Part shown: positions 7,477 to 15,736 of the stretch, piece after piece
Position numbering within the stretch: position 1 is the stretch's first letter
How the letters are laid out: each line of letters begins with the position of its first letter
Source: Fidelibacterota bacterium
Lineage (GTDB): Bacteria; Fidelibacterota; Marinisomatia; Marinisomatales; TCS55
Direction of reading: 5' to 3'
DNA: 20,222 bases
Assembly (NCBI GenBank): GCA_027251445.1
Contig: JAPNQO010000086.1
Coordinates: 1-20,222 of the forward strand
Notes under the pieces: model-generated
Database searches by the model: none
Seen by the model: only the letters and a program-made list of their open reading frames with translations
What the model was told of the DNA's origin: nothing
Made by a program: the position numbers and the translations under genes

Positions 7477-9297
7477 ATGAAATTAAAATCTATACTTGCA
7501 ACGGATTGTGGAAGCACTACAACAAAAGCCATCTTAATTGAATTTATTGATGGTGAATATAGGTTGCGTTTTAGAGGTGAGGCTCCTACAACTGTTGAAG
7601 CACCTTTTGAAGATGTTACTAGAGGTGTTTTGAATGCTGTAATGGAAATAGAAGAACTATCTGGTAGAAAATTATTAGATGGGGAAAAGATAATTACTCC
7701 GCATAAGGATAATGCAGGGGTTGATATATATGTATCAACAAGTTCTGCGGGTGGTGGCCTTCAAATGATGGTAGCAGGCGTTGTTAAATCGATGAGTGGA
7801 GAAAGTGCAGAAAGAGCTGCACTTGGCGCAGGCTCAATTGTAATGGATGTTTTAGCTTCAAATGATGGTCGAAAACCACATGAAAAAATTACTCGTATTC
7901 GTCAATTACGGCCAGATATGATTTTATTATCTGGTGGAGTTGACGGCGGTACCACAAAGCATGTTGTAGAACTTGCAGAGATCTTAAAGGCAGCAAACCC
8001 TCAACCTAGATTAGGTAGTGATTATAAATTACCCGTTATATACGCAGGTAATAATAAAGCCAGTACTGAAATAACAAAAACTTTAGGTGAACAAGCAGAT
8101 TTAACTATTGTTGAAAATATTCGCCCAGTTCTTGAAAGAGAGAACTTAAATCCAAGTCGAGATAAAATTCATGATCTATTCATGGAACATGTTATGCAAC
8201 AAGCTCCTGGATATAATAAATTAATGAGTTGGACTGACGCGCCAATTATGCCAACACCTGGAGCAGTAGGGTCATTAATTGAAATGATTGCTGAAGAAGA
8301 TAATATTTCAGTCGTAGGCGTTGATATTGGTGGTGCCACAACTGATATTTTTTCTGTATTTCAAAATCAGTTTAATCGTACCGTAAGCGCTAATCTTGGA
8401 ATGAGTTATTCAATTTGCAATGTTCTTGCAGAGGCTTCATTAAAAAACGTTTTACGTTGGGTGCCTTTTGATATTGATGAAAAAGAATTAACAAACCGTA
8501 TTGGAAATAAAATGATTCGACCAACGACAGTCCCTCAATCAATGGAAGAGTTAAAGATTGAACAAGCTATAGCAAGAGAAGCATTACGATTATCATTTAT
8601 TCAACATAAAGCATTTGCTGTTAATTTAAAGGGAGTACAGAAAGAAAGAACAATTTCTGATGCTTTTGAGCAATCTGACTCTGGGCTATCTCTTGTTGAT
8701 ATGATGGATTTGGACTTACTTGTAGGATCAGGAGGTGTTCTATCTCATGCCCCTAGAAGAGAACAATCAGCAAGAATGCTTATTGATTCGTTTTTACCTG
8801 AAGGGATAACTCAACTAGCTGTAGATTCTATTTTTATGATGCCTCAGCTTGGGGTTCTTGCAAATATTGATCAAAAAGATCTTTCCGAAAACGCTAGAAA
8901 AGCTGCATTGGAAGTGTTTAATAAAGATTGTCTTATTCGTTTAGGTACTTGTATCGCTCCTGTTGGAAAAGCAAAAAATGGAGACCTTATATTATCTACC
9001 ACTTTAGAAATGTCGGATGGTTCTGAGAAACAAATAGATTTACACCAAGGAGAACTGTTGGCTATATCTGCAGATTATGAGCCAATTAAGTCTAAACTTA
9101 AACCAGCTAAAGGAATAGATATAGGAGCGGGTAAGAATGAAGAAATAAGTACAACATTGTATGGTGGTGTTGTAGGGTTAGTATTTGATGGTCGAGGAAG
9201 GCCATTTAATCTTCCAAATGAAAATGATAAAAGAATAGATAGTTTGAATATATGGAGTAATGCAATGAATGAATATCCGAATGGAGAAGAAAAATAA
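7477..9297 (+). CDS. glmL: GlmL/MutL-like (glutamate mutase L family) actin-fold ASKHA ATPase with C-terminal extension
   Basis: Phosphate-1 motif TDCGSTTTK (D10), SSAGGGL, PDMILLSGGVDGG, IMPTP, phosphate-2 motif VDIGGATTD (D283) and GSGGVLSH are all typical of the GlmL/MutL family. Family assignment only; function is not established. Confidence 0.82.
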   Translation: MKLKSILATDCGSTTTKAILIEFIDGEYRLRFRGEAPTTVEAPFEDVTRGVLNAVMEIEELSGRKLLDGEKIITPHKDNAGVDIYVSTSSAGGGLQMMVAGVVKSMSGESAERAALGAGSIVMDVLASNDGRKPHEKITRIRQLRPDMILLSGGVDGGTTKHVVELAEILKAANPQPRLGSDYKLPVIYAGNNKASTEITKTLGEQADLTIVENIRPVLERENLNPSRDKIHDLFMEHVMQQAPGYNKLMSWTDAPIMPTPGAVGSLIEMIAEEDNISVVGVDIGGATTDIFSVFQNQFNRTVSANLGMSYSICNVLAEASLKNVLRWVPFDIDEKELTNRIGNKMIRPTTVPQSMEELKIEQAIAREALRLSFIQHKAFAVNLKGVQKERTISDAFEQSDSGLSLVDMMDLDLLVGSGGVLSHAPRREQSARMLIDSFLPEGITQLAVDSIFMMPQLGVLANIDQKDLSENARKAALEVFNKDCLIRLGTCIAPVGKAKNGDLILSTTLEMSDGSEKQIDLHQGELLAISADYEPIKSKLKPAKGIDIGAGKNEEISTTLYGGVVGLVFDGRGRPFNLPNENDKRIDSLNIWSNAMNEYPNGEEK

Positions 9298-9299
9298 TT

Positions 9300-10424
9300 A
9301 TGGCACATGCTTATACCCCTGGATTAAAAGTATTAGATAACACTACTGTAGAAAAAGAGAGAAGATTGCCTTTAAAAGGTGAAGTTCTTGTAGAAAAAGG
9401 TGCAAACGTTACCCCAGAAAAAATAATTGCAAGAACCCATTTACCTGGCAATGTGCAAATGGTGAATGTTGCCAATCTACTAAATGTAGATGCTCAAGAT
9501 GTTCCAGAATGTATGTTAGTTGAAATAGGAAAGAATATAGCAGAAGGTGATCTTCTTGCAGAAACAAAAGGCCTTTTTGGACTTTTCAAATCAGAAGTAA
9601 AATGTCCAGTTAATGGTGTTCTTGAGTCGGTATCAGAAGTTACAGGTCAAATAGTAATTCGTGAAGCTCCAATACCTGTAGAAGTTGATGCATATATGAA
9701 TGGAAATGTTTCTGATGTAATGAATGAAGAAGGTGTCGTTATAACCTCAAATGCTGTCTTCATACAAGGAATTTTTGGTATGGGTGGAGAAAATAGGGGG
9801 GATCTTCATGTATTGGTTGAAAATAGAGAAGATGAATTGAATGAATCCTTAATTACTAGCAATATGAAAGATTGTATTATTGTAGGTGGATCACATATAA
9901 GTCTCAACGCATATAAAAAAGCAATTAGTACAGGTGTAGCTGCTGTAGTAGTTGGTGGTTTTAATTATCATGATTTGAAAGATATTCTTGGATATACATT
10001 AGGTGTCGCAATTACTGGTTCGGAAGATATTGGTACTTCATTAATTATTACTGAAGGGTATGGTAAGATTCCAATGGGCGCTAGATCTTTCGATATTTTA
10101 AAAAAACACCATGGACGATTTACGTCTGTTAATGGTGCAACACAAATTAGAGCAGGCGTAATACGACCAGAAATTGTTATACCCTTAAATGATGTTGATG
10201 ACTTAGATTCTGGAACAAAGAAAAATGAAACAGGAATTACTGAAGGTAGTTTAGTTCGTGTGATTAGGGCTCCATATTTTGGTCATATAGGCACAGTAAC
10301 TTCATTGCCTCACGAGTTGCAAAAAATGGAGTCTGAAACTATGGTTCGGGTTGCAGAAGTAAAAATAGATAATGAAAACTTTGTAATTCCCAGAGCAAAT
10401 CTTGAAATGGTTGAAACCACATAA
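9300..10424 (+). CDS. Uncharacterised soluble protein with barrel-sandwich-hybrid-like segments, a central alpha/beta domain and a C-terminal KOW-like motif
   Basis: VLVEKGANV..., LVEIGKNIAEGDLLA...KCPVNGVL and VDAYMNGNV resemble biotinyl/lipoyl-like half motifs. ITEGSLVRVIRAPYFGHIGTV is KOW-like. Starts after a 2-nt gap following the glmL stop. Confidence 0.75.
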   Translation: MAHAYTPGLKVLDNTTVEKERRLPLKGEVLVEKGANVTPEKIIARTHLPGNVQMVNVANLLNVDAQDVPECMLVEIGKNIAEGDLLAETKGLFGLFKSEVKCPVNGVLESVSEVTGQIVIREAPIPVEVDAYMNGNVSDVMNEEGVVITSNAVFIQGIFGMGGENRGDLHVLVENREDELNESLITSNMKDCIIVGGSHISLNAYKKAISTGVAAVVVGGFNYHDLKDILGYTLGVAITGSEDIGTSLIITEGYGKIPMGARSFDILKKHHGRFTSVNGATQIRAGVIRPEIVIPLNDVDDLDSGTKKNETGITEGSLVRVIRAPYFGHIGTVTSLPHELQKMESETMVRVAEVKIDNENFVIPRANLEMVETT

Positions 10425-10432
10425 GGCAAAAA

Positions 10433-10720
10433 ATGAATTCTAATAGTTTAGAAGCTGATAAAAGGTTTATTAGAAGTATAGCTGAGAGGATACATCGATC
10501 CGGCTTTATAACGCCTGCAGTATTTTTTTTAGAATTATCTAAACCATTATCTTTGATTGGAAGTCATGCGATGATATTTTTCGGTCCTATAATTAATGCA
10601 TTTATTAATACAGAAGATTATTACAAAGCAGCAGAAATATTTGAAAAATCTGAAAATATTGAACTGCTAATTCAAGAGATAGAAAATTTAGAAGAAAAAA
10701 TAGTTCATGTTGAAAGATAA
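10433..10720 (+). CDS. Small hypothetical helical protein with a central amphipathic/hydrophobic segment
   Basis: 95 aa ORF in the operon (8-nt gap upstream, 14-nt overlap downstream). Hydrophobic core PAVFFLELSKPLSLIGSHAMIFFGPIINAFI. Confidence 0.75.
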   Translation: MNSNSLEADKRFIRSIAERIHRSGFITPAVFFLELSKPLSLIGSHAMIFFGPIINAFINTEDYYKAAEIFEKSENIELLIQEIENLEEKIVHVER

Positions 10721-11573
10721 AGAATTTTGGCTAGTAGCAGGCGGTTTATCGCTTGCTTTTTTACTCTATTGGTTTGCTGGTTATCCTCTGTTTAAGGAAG
10801 AACGTCTAGTGATGTTTCTAGTCATTTCAATTATGACAGGAAACCTAATTTATTATATTCGCTATGCTCGTAAAGGTGGCGAGATATTTCTTCGATCGAT
10901 TCCTGGTTTAAAAGCAGTTGAAGAAGCTGTAGGTCGTTCAACTGAAATGGGTAAATCTGTATTGTATGTTCCTGGAATTATGGATATGGATCAAGTTGAA
11001 ACAGTTGCTGGGGTAATTATCTTAGGACATGTTTCCAAGATGACTTCTCGCTATGAAACGAGTTTAAATGTTCCGGTTTCAAGATCAATTGTTATGAAAG
11101 CTGCAAGGGAAACTGTTAGAGAGGCATACACGATGGAAGGTCGTCCTGATCTTTTTCAAGATGATATGGTTCATTATCTCACTGATGATCAATTTGCTTA
11201 TGCTGCAGGTGTAAATGGTATTATGGTTAGAGAAAAGCCTGCTGCATGTCTTTATATGGGTAAGTTTTTTGCAGAATCTTTAATTTTAGCTGAAACTGGT
11301 AATTCTATCGGTGCTATTCAAATTGCAGGTACAGCCTCACAATCTCAAATTCCATTTTTTGTCACGGCTTGTGATTATACTCTTATTGGTGAGGAGTTTT
11401 TTGCTGCAAGTGCTTATTTATCTCAAACACCTGAATTAATGGGTGGTTTAAAAGGTCAAGATATGATGAAAGCAGGTGTTACAGCTGCAATATTATTATC
11501 ATTATTTATGCGAATACTATTTGATCTTGGACTAATAAAATGGAATATAATATCAATATTAACTGTGCAATAA
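10707..11573 (+). CDS. Membrane protein with a large soluble domain (resembles DUF6754 as recalled)
   Basis: Two N-terminal TM helices, a basic RYARK segment, a soluble domain with IPGLKAVEEAVGRSTEMG and CDYTLIGEEFFAASAYLS, and a C-terminal TM helix. The family name is from memory and needs HMM confirmation. Confidence 0.75.
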   Translation: MLKDKEFWLVAGGLSLAFLLYWFAGYPLFKEERLVMFLVISIMTGNLIYYIRYARKGGEIFLRSIPGLKAVEEAVGRSTEMGKSVLYVPGIMDMDQVETVAGVIILGHVSKMTSRYETSLNVPVSRSIVMKAARETVREAYTMEGRPDLFQDDMVHYLTDDQFAYAAGVNGIMVREKPAACLYMGKFFAESLILAETGNSIGAIQIAGTASQSQIPFFVTACDYTLIGEEFFAASAYLSQTPELMGGLKGQDMMKAGVTAAILLSLFMRILFDLGLIKWNIISILTVQ

Positions 11574-11583
11574 ATATCTAGAT

Positions 11584-12402
11584 ATGCTTTGGAAAAGACA
11601 AATACCTATTTTATTAGCAACAATAGTTGGTCTATCAACTTTGTTCGGTTGGTTTATTGATCACCCTGGAATAGAGTCATTCGTTAATGACGATGCAACT
11701 CAATGGTATGATATTCTAGCCAGCTTTGCAATTTTTCTTGGGGCTTTGAACTTAATGAAATTGCAAGGGAAAAAAGTTCTTAAGCAGCAATCTGGATGGC
11801 AGTATAGTTTATTTGCTATTGGTGGATTCTTATTTGCCATAGTTGCAGGATTTGTTTATAAAGGAAATGATGCTGTAGAATGGGGTATCCATGTAACGAG
11901 TAAAGGAACTTTATTTAAATGGATGTTTGAATATATGTTTACGCCATTATCGGCCACGATGTTTGCACTTTTAGCATTTTTTGTCGCATCTGCTTCCTAT
12001 CGTGCGTTTCGAGTTCGCAATCTAGAAGCTACACTTCTATTGGTGTCTGGAATTATTATTATGGTTGGTAGAGTGCCTTTAGGAAGTAGTATATCAAGTT
12101 GGTTTATAATGTATTTATTAGTTCTTATTTCAAGCATTGCTGTTAATATAAAATTCAAAGATAAAAAAATTACATTTGGTACCTTATTTGTTGGAGTATT
12201 AATCGTTACAATTTGGGGTTCAGCGTTAGGATGGCCACTTGATCAGCCAGGTATATTCTATTTGCCAGTTCTTCAAGATTGGATTTATAATAACCCAAAT
12301 GTTGCAGGTGCACGAGCTATTATGATTGGTATTGGTCTTGGCATTTTTGCTACATCTATCCGCTATATTATTGGTGTTGAAAAATCGTATATAGGTGAAT
12401 AA
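11584..12402 (+). CDS. Uncharacterised polytopic membrane protein (about 8 TM helices)
   Basis: About eight hydrophobic segments, with motifs ASASYRAFRVRNLEATLLL and NPNVAGARAIMIGIGLG. Its stop overlaps the next start (TAATG). Confidence 0.8.
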   Translation: MLWKRQIPILLATIVGLSTLFGWFIDHPGIESFVNDDATQWYDILASFAIFLGALNLMKLQGKKVLKQQSGWQYSLFAIGGFLFAIVAGFVYKGNDAVEWGIHVTSKGTLFKWMFEYMFTPLSATMFALLAFFVASASYRAFRVRNLEATLLLVSGIIIMVGRVPLGSSISSWFIMYLLVLISSIAVNIKFKDKKITFGTLFVGVLIVTIWGSALGWPLDQPGIFYLPVLQDWIYNNPNVAGARAIMIGIGLGIFATSIRYIIGVEKSYIGE

Positions 12403-13247
12403 TGGATAAAATATTTGATTTTATATTAAGAGCTGGGAAAGTTGATAGAAGATGGATTTTTCTAATTATTGGACTTGCTGTTCTTTTACCTCTATTTTTT
12501 CCACTTGGGTTACCTATACGTGCAACTATTGCAACTCAAAAAGTGTATGATGCTGTTGAGGCATTGGAAGAAAATTCAAAAGTCCTTTTATCCTTCGAGT
12601 ATGGACCAAGCACCAAACCTGAAATTCATCCAATGGCTATTGGTTTATTAAAACATTTATTTACTAACGGGCATAAAGTATATGTTACATGTCTCTGGCC
12701 AGATGGGCAATTTATGGCAGATGAGGCGTTAACCGAAGTAGCAGAAGAAGAGTTTAATCTTACATATGGTGAAGATTATGTTGTTTTAGGGTTTCGACCT
12801 GGTAATGAGGCTGTAGTGAAAGGAATGGTAAGTAATATTCGTAAGCTATACACTACCGATGCTCGTGGAACACTTGTAGATGAAATTCCATTAATGAAGG
12901 GTATTAATAAAGTAGCTGATTTTGATTTTATCTTTTCAGCATCCGCAGGTTATCCAGGAACTTTAGAATGGGTGCAATATGCTTCCGATCCTACAGGTGT
13001 ACCTCTTAGTACTGGTACAACGTCTATAATGGTAAATGATATAATGCCGATGGTTAATAGTGGCCAAGTTCAAGGTATACTTGCTGGAATGCCAGGCGCT
13101 GCAGAATACGAAGCATTAATTGGTTCTCCTGGAATCGGTACTAGTGGCATGGATGCTCAATCAATTGCTCACTTAGTTATTGTACTATTTATTGTATTCG
13201 GAAACATTACATATTTTATAGAAGTGCAAAGGTCAAAGAAGTACTAA
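12402..13247 (+). CDS. Membrane-anchored protein with a large probably extracytoplasmic alpha/beta domain
   Basis: KVDRRW precedes a TM helix, then a soluble domain (YGEDYVVLGFRPG, GQVQGILAGMPGAAEYE), a C-terminal TM helix and the basic tail RSKKY. Confidence 0.8.
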   Translation: MDKIFDFILRAGKVDRRWIFLIIGLAVLLPLFFPLGLPIRATIATQKVYDAVEALEENSKVLLSFEYGPSTKPEIHPMAIGLLKHLFTNGHKVYVTCLWPDGQFMADEALTEVAEEEFNLTYGEDYVVLGFRPGNEAVVKGMVSNIRKLYTTDARGTLVDEIPLMKGINKVADFDFIFSASAGYPGTLEWVQYASDPTGVPLSTGTTSIMVNDIMPMVNSGQVQGILAGMPGAAEYEALIGSPGIGTSGMDAQSIAHLVIVLFIVFGNITYFIEVQRSKKY

Positions 13248-13248
13248 T

Positions 13249-14076
13249 ATGATGGGTCCATGGATAGCTGCATTTCTTACTCTTGCGATTTTTTCGTATT
13301 TGTATAAAGATAATCCTTTTTATAAGGTAGCAGAACATTTATTTGTTGGTATATCAACCGGCTATTGGACATCGATGTTTTTCTGGACTCAAATACAGCC
13401 TAATCTGTTTGGAAGGTTGTGGCCTGCTTCTGAATACAATTCTGATTTAATATGGTATAAACTTTATAATGTACTTGGAGTTTTTAGTTCTGTTTTTCCT
13501 GATGGTGGAATAAATAAAGGGCATGATATGGAATTACTTTATTTGTTGCCATTTGCATTAGGAATAATGATGCTGTTAAGTGTCTCTTCTAAACTTAGCT
13601 GGATGGCGCGATGGGGGATTGCCTATACAGTTGGAATGGCTGCTGGTTTACGGGCATATGGATTTCTGAATTCCAATGTTTTAGGACAGATAAAAGGTTC
13701 TGCTTTTCAAATTTTTAATTCTGATTTGCCTTTTTTTGCCCTAGCAAGTGAAAGTATTTTTAATAATTTTATAATTTTGATCGGTACAATAACTGGTCTT
13801 ATGTATTTTTATTTTAGTCGGGAGCATACTGGAAACTTTGGCAAATTAAGTAAACTCGGTATTTATTTCTTGATGATAAGTTTCGGTGCATCCTTTGGTT
13901 TTGCCGTTATGGGAAGAATTTCCCTTTTGATCGGACGTTTTGTTGATTTAATTACATATTCTGGATCTGCTTATAATCACGCAACTCTATGGCTTTTATT
14001 AGTTATGATTTTACTGTTAGGATACTCTGCGTTTTTTGATAAAAACAGTGTTTCCGATAATGAATCTGTAGAGTAG
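13249..14076 (+). CDS. Uncharacterised polytopic membrane protein with three GxxxG-containing helical hairpins
   Basis: About 7 hydrophobic segments, including NPFYKVAEHLFVGISTG, VGMAAG and FGASFG. One-nt gap after the upstream stop. Confidence 0.8.
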   Translation: MMGPWIAAFLTLAIFSYLYKDNPFYKVAEHLFVGISTGYWTSMFFWTQIQPNLFGRLWPASEYNSDLIWYKLYNVLGVFSSVFPDGGINKGHDMELLYLLPFALGIMMLLSVSSKLSWMARWGIAYTVGMAAGLRAYGFLNSNVLGQIKGSAFQIFNSDLPFFALASESIFNNFIILIGTITGLMYFYFSREHTGNFGKLSKLGIYFLMISFGASFGFAVMGRISLLIGRFVDLITYSGSAYNHATLWLLLVMILLLGYSAFFDKNSVSDNESVE

Positions 14077-14190
14077 TGTCCTAGGTTACATGATTCTTTA
14101 ATTGAATACTTCCTTTAATAGACTTTCTTTCAATAAATTATTTAATCAGAATTTTATCCATTTAATCAAATTTTCTTTAAAATAAAGCGT

Positions 14191-15714
14191 ATGAACGATT
14201 TACTTAAACAATGCGGTCTGAACGAAAATAATTTTGGCAGTTGTGTTGGCGGTATGGATTGGATTACTACTGATAGTGCAGGTAAAAATATTTCATATAA
14301 TCCTACCAATGAATCAATTATTGCAAATGTATTTGAAGCGAGTGAAGCAGATTATGAAAATATAGTAACTGAAGCATGTACTGCTTTTAAGGAATGGCGA
14401 AAAGTTCCAGCTCCTATAAGAGGAGATTTGGTTAGAAAGATGGGAAACGCCTTAAGAGAAAAAAAAGATGCGTTAGGTAGTCTTGTTTCATTAGAAATGG
14501 GAAAAATTAAGGAAGAGGGTAATGGTGAAGTGCAGGAAATGATTGATATTGCTGATTTTGCTGTAGGTCAATCTCGTATGTTATATGGAAATACTATGCA
14601 TTCTGAACGTCCAAATCACCGCATGTATGAACAATGGCATCCTTTAGGTCCTGTTGGGGTTATTAGCGCATTTAATTTTCCAGTAGCAGTTTGGGCGTGG
14701 AATGCCTTTATTGCTGCTATTTCAGGAGATACAGTTATTTGGAAGCCTTCTAGTAGTACCCCTTTAACTGCTGTGGCTGTACAGCATATCTGTAATGATG
14801 TATTAGTCCAAAATGGATACAAGGGTATATTTAATTTGATTATAGGAAAAGGATCAACAATTGGGGATAAAATGTTATCTGATAAACGTTTGCCTCTCAT
14901 ATCATTTACAGGATCTACTTTAATGGGTAGACATGTTGCGGAAGTTGTATCTAAACGCTTTGGTAAAACAATACTAGAACTAGGTGGTAATAATGCAATT
15001 TTAGTAGATAAAACTGCAGATCTTGAATTAGCAATACCTGCTATTGTATTTGGAGCAGTTGGCACTGCTGGTCAGCGATGTACATCTACAAGAAGGGTTA
15101 TAGTTCACGAATCAATATCTGAAATACTCACTGATCGATTGCTAAATGCATATAGTCAAGTCAATATAGGCAATCCTTTAGAAAAAGGAACATTAATGGG
15201 ACCACTTGTTAATCAAGGTGCGGTGGATTCATATTTAAATGCCTTAGAAAAAGTAAAAAGCTCTGGTGGTGAAATTCTTTGTGGAGGAAAAATTATTGAT
15301 GGGGATGGATATTTTGTAGAGCCTACTATAGCAAAAGTAAAGAATCATTGGGATATAGTACAGGATGAAACATTTGCGCCTATTCTTTATATAATGGAAT
15401 ATGAGCATTTAACCCAAGCGATTGATATGCATAATGATGTTCCGCAAGGTTTGTCATCTTCCATGTTTACTACAAATGTGCAAAATGCTGAATTATTTTT
15501 ATCATCTGTTGGAAGTGATTGTGGAATTGCAAATATAAACATTGGTACTTCAGGTGCTGAAATCGGAGGTGCATTTGGAGGTGAAAAGGAAACTGGAGGT
15601 GGAAGAGAATCTGGTTCTGATTCCTGGAAACAATATATGCGTCGACAAACAAATACGATAAATTGGAGTAATGATTTGCCATTAGCCCAAGGAATAAAGT
15701 TTGATATTAAATAG
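14191..15714 (+). CDS. amaB: Aldehyde dehydrogenase family 7 (piperideine-6-carboxylate / alpha-aminoadipate semialdehyde dehydrogenase, AmaB/Pcd)
   Basis: ISAFNFPVAVW, FTGST, catalytic Glu in LELGGNNA, catalytic Cys in GTAGQRCT, ETFAP, and the ALDH7-type C-terminus SDSWKQYMRRQTNTINWS.DLPLAQGIKF. Adjacent to lat. Confidence 0.88.
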   Translation: MNDLLKQCGLNENNFGSCVGGMDWITTDSAGKNISYNPTNESIIANVFEASEADYENIVTEACTAFKEWRKVPAPIRGDLVRKMGNALREKKDALGSLVSLEMGKIKEEGNGEVQEMIDIADFAVGQSRMLYGNTMHSERPNHRMYEQWHPLGPVGVISAFNFPVAVWAWNAFIAAISGDTVIWKPSSSTPLTAVAVQHICNDVLVQNGYKGIFNLIIGKGSTIGDKMLSDKRLPLISFTGSTLMGRHVAEVVSKRFGKTILELGGNNAILVDKTADLELAIPAIVFGAVGTAGQRCTSTRRVIVHESISEILTDRLLNAYSQVNIGNPLEKGTLMGPLVNQGAVDSYLNALEKVKSSGGEILCGGKIIDGDGYFVEPTIAKVKNHWDIVQDETFAPILYIMEYEHLTQAIDMHNDVPQGLSSSMFTTNVQNAELFLSSVGSDCGIANINIGTSGAEIGGAFGGEKETGGGRESGSDSWKQYMRRQTNTINWSNDLPLAQGIKFDIK

Positions 15715-15736
15715 TAATTATAAAGGATAAGATTAA

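Noticed and set aside
7477..9297. DNA mismatch repair MutL, or a functional glutamate mutase operon
   Set aside because: The motifs are actin-fold (DxGSTTTK, DIGGATTD), not the GHKL ATPase motifs of repair MutL; the shared name is coincidental. No GlmS/GlmE subunits are in the window.
2825..9308. Shadow ORFs 2825-3013, 4225-4428, 5268-5591, 6856-7038, 7098-7280 and 9075-9308
   Set aside because: They overlap well-supported genes in antisense or alternative frames and have no recognisable motifs.
9300..14076. Rnf/Nqr respiratory complex or ABC/ECF transporter
   Set aside because: Despite barrel-sandwich-like segments and membrane subunits, I see no ferredoxin Cys motifs, no SGAT/TGAT flavinylation motif and no Walker A/LSGGQ ABC ATPase.
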